A DNA stretch of 64,000 nucleotides from Somniosus microcephalus (lineage: Eukaryota): NCBI GenBank assembly GCA_052327205.1, contig CM126218.1, positions 81,096,001-81,160,000 of the forward strand. The letters are read 5' to 3'. Below are positions 44,260-55,477 of the stretch, piece after piece. Both the position numbers and the translations under genes were made by a program. Position 1 is the stretch's first letter. Each line of letters opens with the position of its first letter. Under the pieces are notes generated by a model. The model saw only the letters and a program-made list of their open reading frames with translations, was not told where the DNA came from and did no database searches.

Positions 44260-45350
44260 AATTCATTCAAGGGCGTCATTGGCAATGCCAACATTTATTG
44301 CCCATCCCTAATTGCCCCTGAGAAGGTGGTGGTGAGCCACCTTCTTGAACCGCTGCAGTCCGTGTGGTGAAGGTGCTCCCACAGTGCTGTTAGGGAGGGA
44401 GTTCCAGATTTTGACCCAGCGACGATGAAGGAACAGCGATATATTTCCAAGTCAGGATGGTGTGTGACTTGGAGGGGAACTTGAAGGTGATGGTGTTCCC
44501 ATGCGCCTGCTGCCCTTGTCCTTCTGGGTGGTAGAGATCGAGGATTTGGGAGGTGCTGCCGAAGAAGCCTTGGCGAGTTGCTGCAGTGCCTCTTGTGGAT
44601 GGTACACACTGCAGCCACAGTACGCCGGTGGTGGAGGGAGTGACTGTTTAAGGTGGTGGATGGGGTGCCAATCAAGCGGGCTGTTTTGTCCTGGATGGTG
44701 TCGAGCTTCTTGAGTGTTGTTGGAGCTGCACTCATCCAGGCAAGTGGAGAGTATTCCATCACACTCCTGACTTGTGCCTTGTAGATGGTGGAAGGTCTTT
44801 GGGGAGTCAGGAGGTGAGACACTCGCCGCAGAATACCTAACCTTGTTGCCACAGTATTTATGTGGCTGGTCCAGTTAAGTTTCTGGTCAATGGTGACCCC
44901 CAGGATGTTGATTGTGGGGGATTCAGTGATGGTCATGCCATTGAATGTCAAGGGGCGGTGGTTAGATGCTCGCTTGTTGTAGATAGTCATTGCCTGGCAC
45001 GTGTGTGGCGCGAATGTTACCTGCCACTTATCAGCCCAAGCCTGAACGTCGTCCAGGTCTTGCTGCATTCGGGCATGGACTGCTTCATTATCTGGGGAGT
45101 TGCGAATGGAACTGAACACTGTGCAATCATCAGCGAACATCCCCACTTCTGACCTTATGATGGAGGGAAGGTCATTGATGAAGCAGCTGAAGATGGTTGG
45201 GCCTAGGACACTGTCCTGAGGAACTCCTGCAGCGATGTCCTTGGGCTAAGATGATTGACCTCCAACCACTACAACCATCTTCCTTTGTGCTAGGTATGAC
45301 TCCAGCCAGTGGAGAGTTTCCCACCCCCCACCCCCCGACTCCCATTGACT
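44260..45350 (-). mobile_element. CR1-group LINE ORF2 3' half
   Basis: GVPQDSVLGP, MFADD, LGVTIDQKLNW, YKAQVRSVMEYS. Confidence 0.88.
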
Positions 45351-46309
45351 TCACTGACTTCATTGAATTGGTCTCACTTGTCCTGGTCTACGAAAGGGAA
45401 CAATCAACCATGGTTTCCAGTCCAGATGACCATCCAGTGACTCTTCCTGGAAAGTGGGCCGGTGAGGTGAGAATTGGGTTCAGCTTGGATGTCTCCGACA
45501 GCTCAATAGCCTGCCAGAACTCACCGACTTGGCTGACGCATGAGGAATAAGCCAGTTGGCCGAACAACAACAACAAGAACTTCTAGTTATATACCGCCTT
45601 TAATGTAGTAAAGCGACCAAAAGCTTTGTCAAAGAGGTAGGTTTTAAGAAAGACTTGCATTTATATAGTGCCGTTCACGAACACCAGACATCTCATAGCA
45701 CTTTACAGCCAAATAAGTACTTTTTAAGTGACTCCAGGCCCACAGCAATGTGGTTGACTCTTAACTGCCCTCTGAAATGGCCAAGCAAACCACTCAGCTG
45801 TAACAAGAAGGCGGCTCACCACCACCTTCTCAAGGGCAATTAAATGCTGGCCTTGCCAGCAATGCCCACATCCTGTGATGAAATTTAACCAGCCATCACT
45901 GCACCTCAAAAATATTATAAGTAATTAGTTACATGTTGGGACAATTCTGAGAGCTGTGGTGAGGTGCCATATGATCACAAATCTTTGTTTCTCTCACATA
46001 TTAAAGTTTTGAATGCAGTACACAAAAAAATTGTGATTGCCTCACATTTCCCAGGAAACATTTACCTAAATAGTAACAGTAATTTGCAATTTTTATTTTT
46101 AGCCCTTCCTGCTCACGATAGTGGCCGCACTAAGAAAGTGTTGTATTGTAGGGAATGTTATCCTTTGGATGACAACTGAGGCCCCATTTGCCTGTTCCAG
46201 TGGTTTGAACACTCCCAGTATTCAAAGTTGTTGTCTGTGGTTTCGTATGACGGGAAAAGCTCAAAATGGGATGTCCAGTTTGGCTGAGATGCCGAGTGGA
46301 GAAATAAAA

Positions 46310-46770
46310 AGAAAGAAAGGCTTGCATTTCTATAGCACCTTTCACGACCATCAGACGTCTCAAAGTGCTTTACAGCCAATGAAGTACTTTTTGAATGGAG
46401 TCGCTGTTGTAATGTGGGAAATGCGGCAGCCAAATTGCGCACAGCAAGCTCCCACAAACAGCAATATGATAATGACCAGATAATCTGTTTTTTGTTATGT
46501 TGGTTGAGGGATAAATATTGGCCCCAGGACACCGGGGAGAACTCCCCTGCTCTTCTTCGAAATAGTGCCGTGGGATCTTTTACGTTCACATGAGCGAGCA
46601 GACAGGGCCTCGGTTTAATGTCTCATCTGAAAGACGGCACCTCCAACAGTGCAGCACTCCCTCAGCACTGCACTGGAGTGTCAGCCTAGCTCAAGTCTCT
46701 GGAGTGGGACTGTGAACCCACAACCTTCTGACTCAAAGGCGAGGGTGCTACCCACTGAGCCACAGCTGAC
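46310..46770 (-). mobile_element. SacSINE1-like SINE, full length
   Basis: Head gtcagctgtggctcagtgggtagc, Deu core, tail. Confidence 0.82.
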
Positions 46771-47110
46771 AAGGAGCGTCTTAAAGGAGGAAAGAGAGGT
46801 AGCGAGGCGGAGAGGTTTAGGGGGGGAATTCCAGAGCTTAGGGCCTCGGCAACAGAAGGCACGGCCACCAATGGTTGAGCGATTATAATCAGGGATGCTC
46901 AAGAGGGCAGAATTAGAGGAGCGCAGATATCTCGGGGGGTTGTGGGGCTGGAGGAGATTACAGAGATAGGGAGGGGCGAGGCCATGGAGGGATTCGAAAA
47001 TACGGATGAGAATTTTGAAATCGAGGTGTTGCTTAAATGGGTGCCAGTGTAGGCCAGCGGGCACAGGGGGTGATGGGTGAATGGGGCTTGAAAACAAGGA
47101 TGAGAATTTT
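46770..47110 (-). mobile_element. L2 ORF2 3' fragment
   Basis: LHWHP..DFKIL..LHGLAPPYL..LRSSNS..GGRAF..PKLWNS. Confidence 0.82.
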
Positions 47111-48284
47111 AAAAGCCTGTGGAAGTGTGAGCCGGCGCCTTCAGGAGAAGAAGGGGAAAAGTTGGGCGGGTGGTGCGCTGATGGGAGTTGCGGTGGGGCT
47201 GGAACGGAAAGCTGGATCCAAATGTTAAAGTAGCATTGCAAGTGACATTCCAGAAAGGGGAGGAGCTGCACAAAGGGAGGCGAAGAGGCCGGATTGCAGG
47301 CACTTAATGAGGACAAGATGGGAATGGAGAACTGACTGGAAGAAGGAAAGAAAATACTGGACAAAGAAACAGTTAAAACAAGCCATGCAGCCCAGCGATT
47401 GTGTAAGATCTTTTTCAGAAGGTAAATGAAAATCTTGTGGATTTCAAAAGGTATAAACATAGAGGTGCAGCTAACCCCACTGTTACACTGCTGAGCAAAA
47501 TAGAATAAACATAAAGCAATAAAAAATAAATAAGGTATGTCTTTACAATGTTTGAAATTAAGGAGTAATTCTTTTTACTACTTTCAAAATAAGTGCAAAA
47601 TGAATGGAGCAATAAATAAAGGAATGCTGTTTAAGGAATGTTATAAATTGCAACATTATTTGCCTGCTGAGAGCGTGTACATTGCTCTATTTGCAAAATC
47701 TTCAAAGGCCTGTCTCCCGAGCTTTGGGAGGACAAGCCAGTTAGAGAATCACAGCACAGAAGCAGGCCAATCGCAGCACTGCTTCTGCGCCAGCTGTCTG
47801 AAAGTGCTAGCCACTTAGTCCCATTCCCCTTCTCTATACCCAAACCTTTTTAAACGTTCCTCGTTGATCCAGAACCCTTCTTATTATGGATTCTGCTTCC
47901 ACCGACACTCGTAGGCTCCTCCCGGTACTTGATGGCGCATCGGCCTCGATGTAACTGGATGCTGATCCCACAGCCCGCACAGACCTCAGACGACTCCCGG
48001 GAACCCTTGGGTTACTGCTTCGCTTGGTTGAGATGAGGAGGGTAGTTGATTTTCTCACCAGTGTGGTAAGCAGATTAACTAAAGAAGCCAACCAGCTTTG
48101 CCAAAGTGCTCCCAGTCAAATTGCTTACATATCACACATCACATAATCATGTGCCTCTGGATATTACCAGTCTGAACAAGTCCCTTTATATGTTTGGAAT
48201 AATCTAATGCAGCAAGATTGTAAACTACGGTGAACTCTGATAAAGAATGTAATGAGGGATGGTCATGGAACCATGCCCCAGCGT

Positions 48285-48968
48285 CAACTATGGCAGATAT
48301 GTGAAATAACAGCAGAAAACGCTGGAAAAACTCAGCAGGCCAGGCAGCATACATGGAGAGAGAAACAGGGTCAACGTTTTAGGTCGATGAACCTTTCGTC
48401 AGAACTGGAAAAAAAGCAGGAAATGGAAAGCAGGTTTAGGGGCTGGGAAAAGGGGGAGGGGGTGAAAGAACAAAAGGGAAGCTCAGTGATAGGATAGAAA
48501 GCAGGAGAGGTTAAGAGACATTGAGAGACATTAAGAGATATTCAAGGTGAGAGGAGGTGGTAATTGTTGGATCCGTGGTTCAGTGGGTATGCTATTATTA
48601 AATAATCACACGGATGCTGTACATTAACAAATAACAGGTCTTTACTGGAGGAGGGTAGTCTCTAGACTGGGGGTACAGAGGCATGCGCAAAGCTTATATA
48701 CCGGTGTGGTCACTGCCGGTACTACAGTATACAGGAGCTGTAAAAGTAGTTCTGACTTAAAGGCACATACACTACAGTAATGGGACAGGTTAAGGAACAA
48801 ATTATGGCTCTAGATGGAGTGTGAATTGCGCTGGCAGAGTGAAGGACAGCTGCCCTGTGGGAGGGCAGAAAAAAAAAGAAGAAAATATATATATGTGATA
48901 GGGGCCGAGGTTATGATCTGAAATTGTTGAACTCTATGTTGAGTCCAGAGGGCTGTAGAGTGCCTCAG
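48285..48968. mobile_element. Penelope-type terminal fragment with a degenerate hammerhead, interrupted by a solo LTR
   Basis: Same arm as 52834-52892; - strand CUGACGA-AAGGU..ACCU-AAAAC-GUU at ~48370-48405. Confidence 0.65.
48565..48776 (-). mobile_element. Solo LTR (212 bp), same family as 6695-6907
   Basis: TG..CA; 5-bp TSD GTAAT (48560-48564 / 48777-48781). Confidence 0.9.
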
Positions 48969-49344
48969 ATATGTGCCCTGGTCTATTTGGATAGACTCTC
49001 CACACCCATTTTTTTGGGTGCAAATCAGGGGCAGGAAGGTTTAACTTTGCAGCCCAAAGGGCACCTGAAATAGATCCACGGCATTTTTAGATCAAATGAT
49101 ATCCAGGCACTCTTGCAGCTGCCTAATGCGTGTTTAAGGACACTAACCCCCCCCCTGGAAATTGGTCAGTGCTGAGTGGAGCCTGCCCCGGGGGCATTCC
49201 GCGCAGATTTCCCCTGTTCCTGCTGCAGCCTAGTCAGTGGTCCTTAAAGGGACCGCGGAAGGCCACCAACAAAGAGGTACGGTCCTTCCTTTTAACACCT
49301 TCGTGTGGGGCCAGGAGGAGCACTCTTGAAAGCCACTGCTGACT

Positions 49345-50120
49345 CGCACTCACCCGCACCCCCCATCCCATTCTCTCCCCCCACCCTCACCCCCCATCCA
49401 ATTCTCCCCCCACCACCCTCCCTCCCCATCCCATTCTCCCCCCCGCCACCACCCTCACCCCCCCACCCGCACCCCCCATCCCATTCTTTCCCCCCCACCC
49501 TCACCCCCATCCCATTCTCTCCCCCATCCCATTCTCTCCCCCCCACCCGCACCCCCATCCCATTCTCCCCCCCACCCGCACCCCCCCATCCCATTCTCCC
49601 CCCCACCACCCTCACCCGCACCCCCCATCCCATTCTCCCCCCCACCACCCTCCCTCCCCATCCCATTCTCCCCCCCGCCACCACCCTCACCCCCCATCCC
49701 ATTCTCTCCCCCCCCACCCTCACCCCATCCCATTCTCTCCCCCACCCCATTCTCTCCCCCCCACCCTCACCCCCCATCCCATTCTCTCCCTCCCACCCTC
49801 ACCCCCATCCCATTCTCTCCCCATCCCATTCTCTCCCCCCCACCCTCACCCTCACCCCCATCCCATTCTCTCTCCCCCACCCGCACCCTCATCCCATTCT
49901 CTCCCTCCCACCCTCACCCCCATCCCATTCTCTCCCCCATCCCATTCTCTCCCCCCCACCCGCACCCACCATCCCATTCTCTCCCCCCCACCCTCACCCT
50001 CACCCCCATCCCATTCTCTCTCCCCCACCCGCACCCTCATCCCATTCTCTCCCCTCTTCTCTCCCCTCCCCCACCCTCACCCCCCATCCCATTCTCCCCC
50101 CCCCACCCTCACCCCTCCTC
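49345..50120. repeat. C-rich minisatellite (cccatcccattctc-ccc-accctca units)
   Basis: More than 20 degenerate units; G-run-rich on the - strand. Confidence 0.9.
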
Positions 50121-50261
50121 CGACCCCGCCTCCCAGAACCTACCTGTGGGCTGCTGTTGGCATTGCAAGTTGGTGGGGAGCCAACCGGCGAGCTGCCTCT
50201 GGAGGCACGGTCGGCATCAGAAGCTTGCTGGAATTATGCTAACGAAGTAGCATAGTGGGTG

Positions 50262-50700
50262 TCATAGCATAGTGGGTATGTTACTGGACACTTACTCCAG
50301 TGGCCTGGACTAATGATCTCTATAAATGCAAGTTTAAATCTCACGTAGGCAGCTGGGGAATTTAAATTCAGTTAATTAAATAAATCTGGAATTTAAAAGT
50401 TAGTATGAGTAATTGAATGTCATATCAAAACCCATCTGGTTCACTAATGTCCTTTAGGGAAGGAAATCTGTCATCCTTACCTGGTTTGGCCTCTATGTAC
50501 TCCAGACCCACAGCAATGTTGGTTGATTCTTAACTGCCCCTCTGCAATAGCCCAACGAGACACCAAACTGCTACAAAAAGGGACTTCACCACACGGACTG
50601 CAGCGGTTTAAGAAGGTTGCCCACCACCATTCTTCTTAAGGGCAATTTGGGATGGGCAATAAATGCTGGGCTTGCCAGCGAGGCTCACATTCTGTCAATT
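50262..50700 (+). mobile_element. tRNA-headed SINE sharing body and tail with the CR1-group LINE
   Basis: tagcatagtgg.. head; body aacccatctggttcactaatgtcctttag..; tail gggatgggcaataaatgctgg. Confidence 0.65.
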
Positions 50701-52799
50701 AATTTTAAAAAAATAAGCACAAGGCCCAATTTTAGCCAAAGCCTCAGGCCTCTGGCTTCTGGTGTGGGATCCGAGCCCATCGCCTGTTTTGGGCCCTAGA
50801 AATGGGCCTGACCCAATTTCTAGCCCTTGTCTTGTATTGGTAAATTCAAAGATGGAATTGTGGAGGATCCTGCCACAGGTCTGTAGTTCTCCCAAGGCTC
50901 AGCACCATGGCGTAAAACCTGCTTTGTGGACTTTGGGCTCTGAATCTTATAGAACTTTAGGACCTGTAGCTCACACGGCACGTCAACATCAGCCTCATCA
51001 TTTTCAATGACCTCCTCCAAGTAATGCTGGGTTGTGGGTACGACACTGAGGAACTGGAAACAGATGAATCATCTGTGGTGATGAACTAATTGGCTTTGAC
51101 TTCAGATGATTTCACAATAAAGTTTCTGAAGACAGGAAATCAAAAGTTCATCAATATACGCGAAGCACAGTCAGCGGTACAGAATACTCTACATGATTTG
51201 CGAGACTTTACTTCATGACGCTGGAAAGTCCATTGTGAGGAACCTTGCGAATACTGCAATGATACTAGTTCTTATTTTGGAGTCAGTTAGAACTTCTGTT
51301 AACTTCAGGTATGGTGGGTCAGCCCTTACAATAGATTTCTGTTGAGGGCAATAGTATTTCAGTGGCAATTCGGCACCTTAGCGCCGGCCGTTAAGGCCAG
51401 TTCGGATGAAACAATGGCGGCCGTCTCGCTTCTGCCCACTTCCGGCGGGTCCGGCAGCGGCCGCCATTTCTGTGTTAGCTTCGCGCTGCCTGCGCCCATT
51501 TTCATAGGCCTTAGAATCTGCTGTGCTGGCTTACCAATACATGCAGTTTGGCTTCCCCAACAAAATTCCCAAAGGACTTCTCCTTTTGGGTGTCATATTC
51601 ATTCCGACATTAATGGTTCAACGTGAAATGCACGAAGCGTGACACTGGTAAATCGTCTGAAGTGTCTTTATGCCTAACAGTCTGAAAACAGGTCGCACCG
51701 AAGTGCTTATATACATCTAGATGCTTAAAGGAAAAATTAAATGTAAGGGGAGGAGAACTATGTTCAATACAAAGTCCTAACCCCAACCCCATTTAGGAAC
51801 CATTAAAAAAAAAGGTTCCTCTGGAAATCGACCAAACAAACCCATCTGGATCAGGAGAGGAGAGCTGACAGGAAAATTCGGTGCTTACTAAATGTTGCTA
51901 CTTGCAAAAACTGGCAAAAAGAAAATTGGCCCAAGATTTCCAAAAAGCTGAGACTAAAAAGCAACCTTGAAGGTGGGCCTGTGATATGCAGTCACTCTGC
52001 AGGCACAGGTTGGACAGGTATCTATATCCAACATTCCTTCACTTGTATAATTTGGATTGTGGCAAGAATTTCTTGTGGAGAACTCTTAAGCTATTGTGGG
52101 TATGCATTGGCACTTTCCATTGGTTAATCTAATTGCTGGATTGTTTTAAAGTTGTTCTCATGGTTGTCACAGGTGGCACAGAAGGACTGGCCTCCCTGCC
52201 CTGCCCCCCACCGCCACTCCCAGTTAACAAAGACCATCTTCTTCTCACCCCTCGCCCTCCTGTCGGCACTGGTACACTTCCCCATCTTCACCTCAGTTCA
52301 CACTGGCATTCCTTACCCTCTCCCAACTAGCTCACTCTGGAACTCTTGTCCACCCATTGCCCATCAGTTCGTGCCAGTACTCTTTTCCCTCTTCCCTCTT
52401 ACTTTAAACTGGCAGAACCCCTCCCTCTCCTCCTCAGTTCATGCTGAAAGTCTTCTCTCACCGCCCCGCCCCTTCACAACCCCTCCACTAATGATTCAAA
52501 GTGGCACACTTCTCCTAATCTCCCCCATAAATTCAGATACTCTACTTACCCCTCTGCCCAATTGAGGCTAACTTTTCTCCCCCCCGTCCCAGTTTCATGC
52601 TAGAACCCTGCTCCCTCCATTTTATGCTGGCAGTCTTCTGTTCCCCCAGTTCCCCAATTCATGGTGGCAACAACCCCCACTCCCTCCAGATTCATGCTGG
52701 TACTTTCCCCCAAACCCCCCCACCACCACCACCATCTCATGCTGGGATTATTCTCCCCCCAATTCATGCTGGCATTCTCTTCCCATTCCCCAATTCATG

Positions 52800-52993
52800 T
52801 CGATCGCAAAATACTGCGGATGCTGGAAATCCGAAATAACAACAGAAAATGCTGGAAAAACTCAGCAGGCCAGGCAACATCCGTGGAGAGAGTTCCTGAC
52901 GAAAGGTCTTCGACCTGAAACGTTGACTCTATTTCTCTCTCCACGGATGTTGCCTGGCCTGCTGAGTTTTTCCAGCATTTTCTGTTGTTATTT
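52800..52993. mobile_element. Mini Penelope-type hairpin (59-bp perfect inverted arms) within a degenerate ccccaattcatgctgg minisatellite
   Basis: Arms 52834-52892 / 52935-52993; flanked by TTCCCCAATTCATG on both sides. Confidence 0.8.
52889..52930 (+). ncRNA. Minimal type I hammerhead motif
   Basis: CUGACGA-A-AGGUC-uuc-GACCU-GAAA-CG-UU-GACUCU; stem I imperfect. Confidence 0.7.
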
Positions 52994-53919
52994 CCCCAAT
53001 TCATGCTGGCATTCTCTTCCCACTCCCCAATTCCTGCCATTCTCTTGCCAACCTTTTCAGGTCCACTCCCAGCACCTCCCTGCTGCTTCGCAAGAGGTCA
53101 GCATCCAACTGCACACTGCGAATATAAATACCCGTCATAGAACGCAGTTCTATGAGAGGGTTAGAAAATCTAGGACAGTGATGGATGAACCTTTGACAGA
53201 AGGACTATCATGCGGAATGTGAGATAGGCTCATGGGATATGAAGTCAGTGATATTTAGGACCAGATAGAAATGATCTTTTGCTGGTCCAGTCCAGTGCTA
53301 ATAAAGACACTGGGACATATTGGGGAGGGGGTATGTGTAGTAATGCATTGTATGTAGCCATGGTTTTTGGAGCTTGCTTGATTATGAGGGTTGAGGAGTT
53401 TTCATTGAAATTGGACACAAGGGCCTAGAAATTCAGTTGGTTGCGCCAGCCGGTAATGCCATAAGAGGGGTATATTTCCAGCGCTAGGCACTTAGCGCCC
53501 GGGCGCAGACCGATCTACGCCAACGCCCAAATTCAGTTGACATTTAGCGCCGGCGCAAAGTGTTTGCGCCCGCTCAGCTGCGCGCGCAGCTTATGACGTC
53601 ATTTCGTCGTGCAACGCTGTTTGTGCGCCCAAACCGGAAATTCAGTGGCGCCCGCCCAATGTGGGCGTGGCGCTGCTAAGAACTGTGAAGTGGAACGCAA
53701 CAGAGGCCCTGCGGGCCTCGGGGAGCGCTAATTAAAGGGCACTTACACTGACCTATAAAGCCCAGCCATTTTGCTGCAATGACTTTACTGCTTTGGATTT
53801 CTGGACAGAGACCAAGGGACAGAGCTTACTGATTTGGGACAACATAGGAGAGGTATTTTTGGCTTCTGGCCAGTGCTTTGACATTTGATTCATTTGATTT
53901 CACTGTTTTCAACTTTATT

Positions 53920-55059
53920 ATGGGGGCTGTATGGGGGTCCAACCCTCAGTTGCAGCATTATGTGCGAAGGGCTCGCAGACGCTGTGAGAGAGGGCCAGCC
54001 ATGCCTAGACGCAGAGGGGCCATCAGGCGTCGGCAACGTAGGCCTTACCCACTCAGGCAATACCGGCAGCAGGTGTCCTATCTCACCATGACTGCGGCGC
54101 ATTGTGTTAAGAGGCTGCGCTTCAGAAGGGAGGTGGTTGCAGAGATCTGCCAGCTGCTTCACAGAGATCTGCGTCCACAGCTGATGTGCAGGACGACTCT
54201 CTCGGTGGAAGTGAAGGTCACGGTGGCTCTGAACTTTTATGCAAGCGGCTCCTTCCAAGCCGCTGCTGGGGACATAGCGAACATCTCCCAGTTCGCCGCG
54301 CATCGCTGCATCCGGCAGGTCACCGATGCACTTTTCGCGAGGAGACACCAATTCATCTCCTTCCCCATGACCCGACAGAGGCAGGAGCAGCGTGCAGTCG
54401 GATTTGCCAGGATCGCGCGCTTCCCCATGGTGCAGGGCGCCATTGACTGCACGCATGTGGCTGTGCGGGCACCTATCCACAATGCCGAAGATTACCGCAA
54501 CCGGAAGGGCTACCATTCCCTAAATGTACAGCTGGTGTGTGACCACAGGCAGCGCATCCTAGCTGTCAATGCCCGCTTCCCAGGAAGCAGCCACGATGCA
54601 TTTATCCTGCGCCAGACTACTGTGGCTGACATGTTCGAGGCACAGCCTCCACCAAGGGGATGGCTTATCGGGGACAAGGGCTACCCTTTGTGTACATGGC
54701 TCATGACCCCGCTCCGTGCGCCCAGGACCCCAGCGGAGGAGGCATACAACGAAAGCCATCAAGCCACAAGGAACATCATAGAGCAAACGATAGGCGTCCT
54801 CAAGCAACAGTTCCGCTGCCTGGATCGTTCTGGCGGATCTCTACAGTATTCGCCGGATAGAATCTCCCAGTTCGTCGTCGTGTGCTGCATGCTGCACAAC
54901 CTGGCTATCCGCAGGACTCAGGCACTGCCACCTGACATTGCACCACCACCTCAGGAGGACGAGCAGGAGGACCATGAGGAGGAGGAGGAGGAGGAGGAGT
55001 ACCAGCCCAGGAGGGAGCCACAAGGTCCAAGGGCCGTCCGCCGGGGGCTTATTGATTGA
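53920..55059 (+). CDS. Harbinger DDE transposase (stop 3 codons early relative to copy 2)
   Basis: GAIDCTHV, YRNRKGYHSLNVQLVCD, PGSSHDAFI, LIGDKGY, EQTIGVLK, CCMLHNL; CGA->TGA at the end. Confidence 0.95.
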   Translation: MGAVWGSNPQLQHYVRRARRRCERGPAMPRRRGAIRRRQRRPYPLRQYRQQVSYLTMTAAHCVKRLRFRREVVAEICQLLHRDLRPQLMCRTTLSVEVKVTVALNFYASGSFQAAAGDIANISQFAAHRCIRQVTDALFARRHQFISFPMTRQRQEQRAVGFARIARFPMVQGAIDCTHVAVRAPIHNAEDYRNRKGYHSLNVQLVCDHRQRILAVNARFPGSSHDAFILRQTTVADMFEAQPPPRGWLIGDKGYPLCTWLMTPLRAPRTPAEEAYNESHQATRNIIEQTIGVLKQQFRCLDRSGGSLQYSPDRISQFVVVCCMLHNLAIRRTQALPPDIAPPPQEDEQEDHEEEEEEEEYQPRREPQGPRAVRRGLID

Positions 55060-55477
55060 CACTTCTAGGCCCCCTGTCAGGGAATGGGCTGTGGCAATGA
55101 ACGCACCTGAAGGCAGCCGCACCGCAAGCCCTCAGCCGGTTAACGCAACAACCACTTGAAACCTGAGACGTGGACATGCTGAATAAATAAAAAGCTTTAT
55201 TTCACAAACTCAGGGCCCTTCCCACATGAAACAGAAAAACAGACAAGACCCCCAAAAAACAGTCAAAAACATCTGTCACTCCCAAAACCTGGGGAGGACT
55301 AACAAAACTTGCCCATCCAAATGGCCTTCATCATCGGCCTTACAAAAATAAGCCCCCCCCTCCACAACACAAACACCCCCATAAAAACAAAAAATGCCTT
55401 GATCCTCGGCCTTACCAAAATAATGCCCCCCCAGAACACAAGCCCCCCAATATAAAAAAAACCGCTATCACCACACT

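Noticed and set aside
49292-50255. Proline-rich/extensin-like 316-aa ORF and Gly-rich antisense ORFs
   Set aside because: Translation artefacts of a C-rich minisatellite
53878-55059. Domesticated HARBI1 gene
   Set aside because: Flanked by TIRs and a TSD, paired with a Myb gene, and duplicated nearby: a transposon, not the single-copy host gene
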